From Chiloscyllium plagiosum (lineage: Eukaryota): a DNA stretch of 64,000 bases. Below are positions 63,701 through 64,000 of the stretch, in pieces; position 1 is the first letter of the stretch, and each line of letters opens with the position of its first letter. Location of the stretch: assembly GCF_004010195.1 (NCBI RefSeq), contig NC_057719.1, positions 40,343,323 through 40,407,322 of the forward strand, written 5' to 3'. A program made the position numbers and the translations under genes. A model generated the notes under the pieces. That model was given only the letters and a program-made list of their open reading frames with translations. It made no database searches and was not told the origin of the DNA.

Positions 63701-64000
63701 CTATTTATGACCTCACTACTCTCAACCTCTAGTACTCTGGAGCAAAAATTCGGGTTTCCATGAAAAATATATTGCTTCAAGAATACTCACCTGGAGATAG
63801 AAGCGCCGTGGCCAACATGAAAAGTGAAAGGTAATGTCAAATCAAAGGGAGAGGCTTGATATTAGGAATCTCCCAGGCGTAATCTATGATCTCCAGGATG
63901 TGGAACACATTACCACTCTCACTTGGACCTGAACACCAACTTGTGCCACTGAACCTTGTATCGGTCTAAAATGGCTGCTATCACACTTCCAACGGGACCA

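Noticed and set aside
57499..64000. Search for TDRD9 exon 4 (VVSLIESNSVVII...GSGKST)
   Set aside because: No matching sequence seen; it probably lies beyond the window.

Overview
Repeat-dense vertebrate DNA with a cartilaginous-fish (shark) repeat complement: HE1/V-type SINEs, many CR1 LINEs, Penelope-like elements (PLEs), an L1 and LTR/ERV sequences. It has two assembly gaps (21691-22252, 32342-32970). The host gene is the 5' end of TDRD9 (piRNA-pathway DExH helicase) on the + strand: exon 1 at 23312-23445, probable exon 2 at 49501-49601, exon 3 ending at 57498. The terminal coding exon of RD3L is nested antisense in intron 1 (27496-27790). An imperfect duplicate of the TDRD9 promoter, exon 1 and start of intron 1 lies about 17 kb upstream and is frameshifted and CpG-decayed. 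The most notable unannotated structure is a set of minimal hammerhead ribozyme motifs carried by at least three PLE families. Some occur as 95-120 bp TSD-flanked insertions that are little more than a ribozyme plus a tail, and some as inverted hairpin pairs. The left edge holds the 5' LTR, tRNA-Pro-type PBS and frameshifted gag start of a class I ERV. Gene identities come from recalled similarity to human proteins, not from a database search. Repeat boundaries without a stated TSD are approximate.
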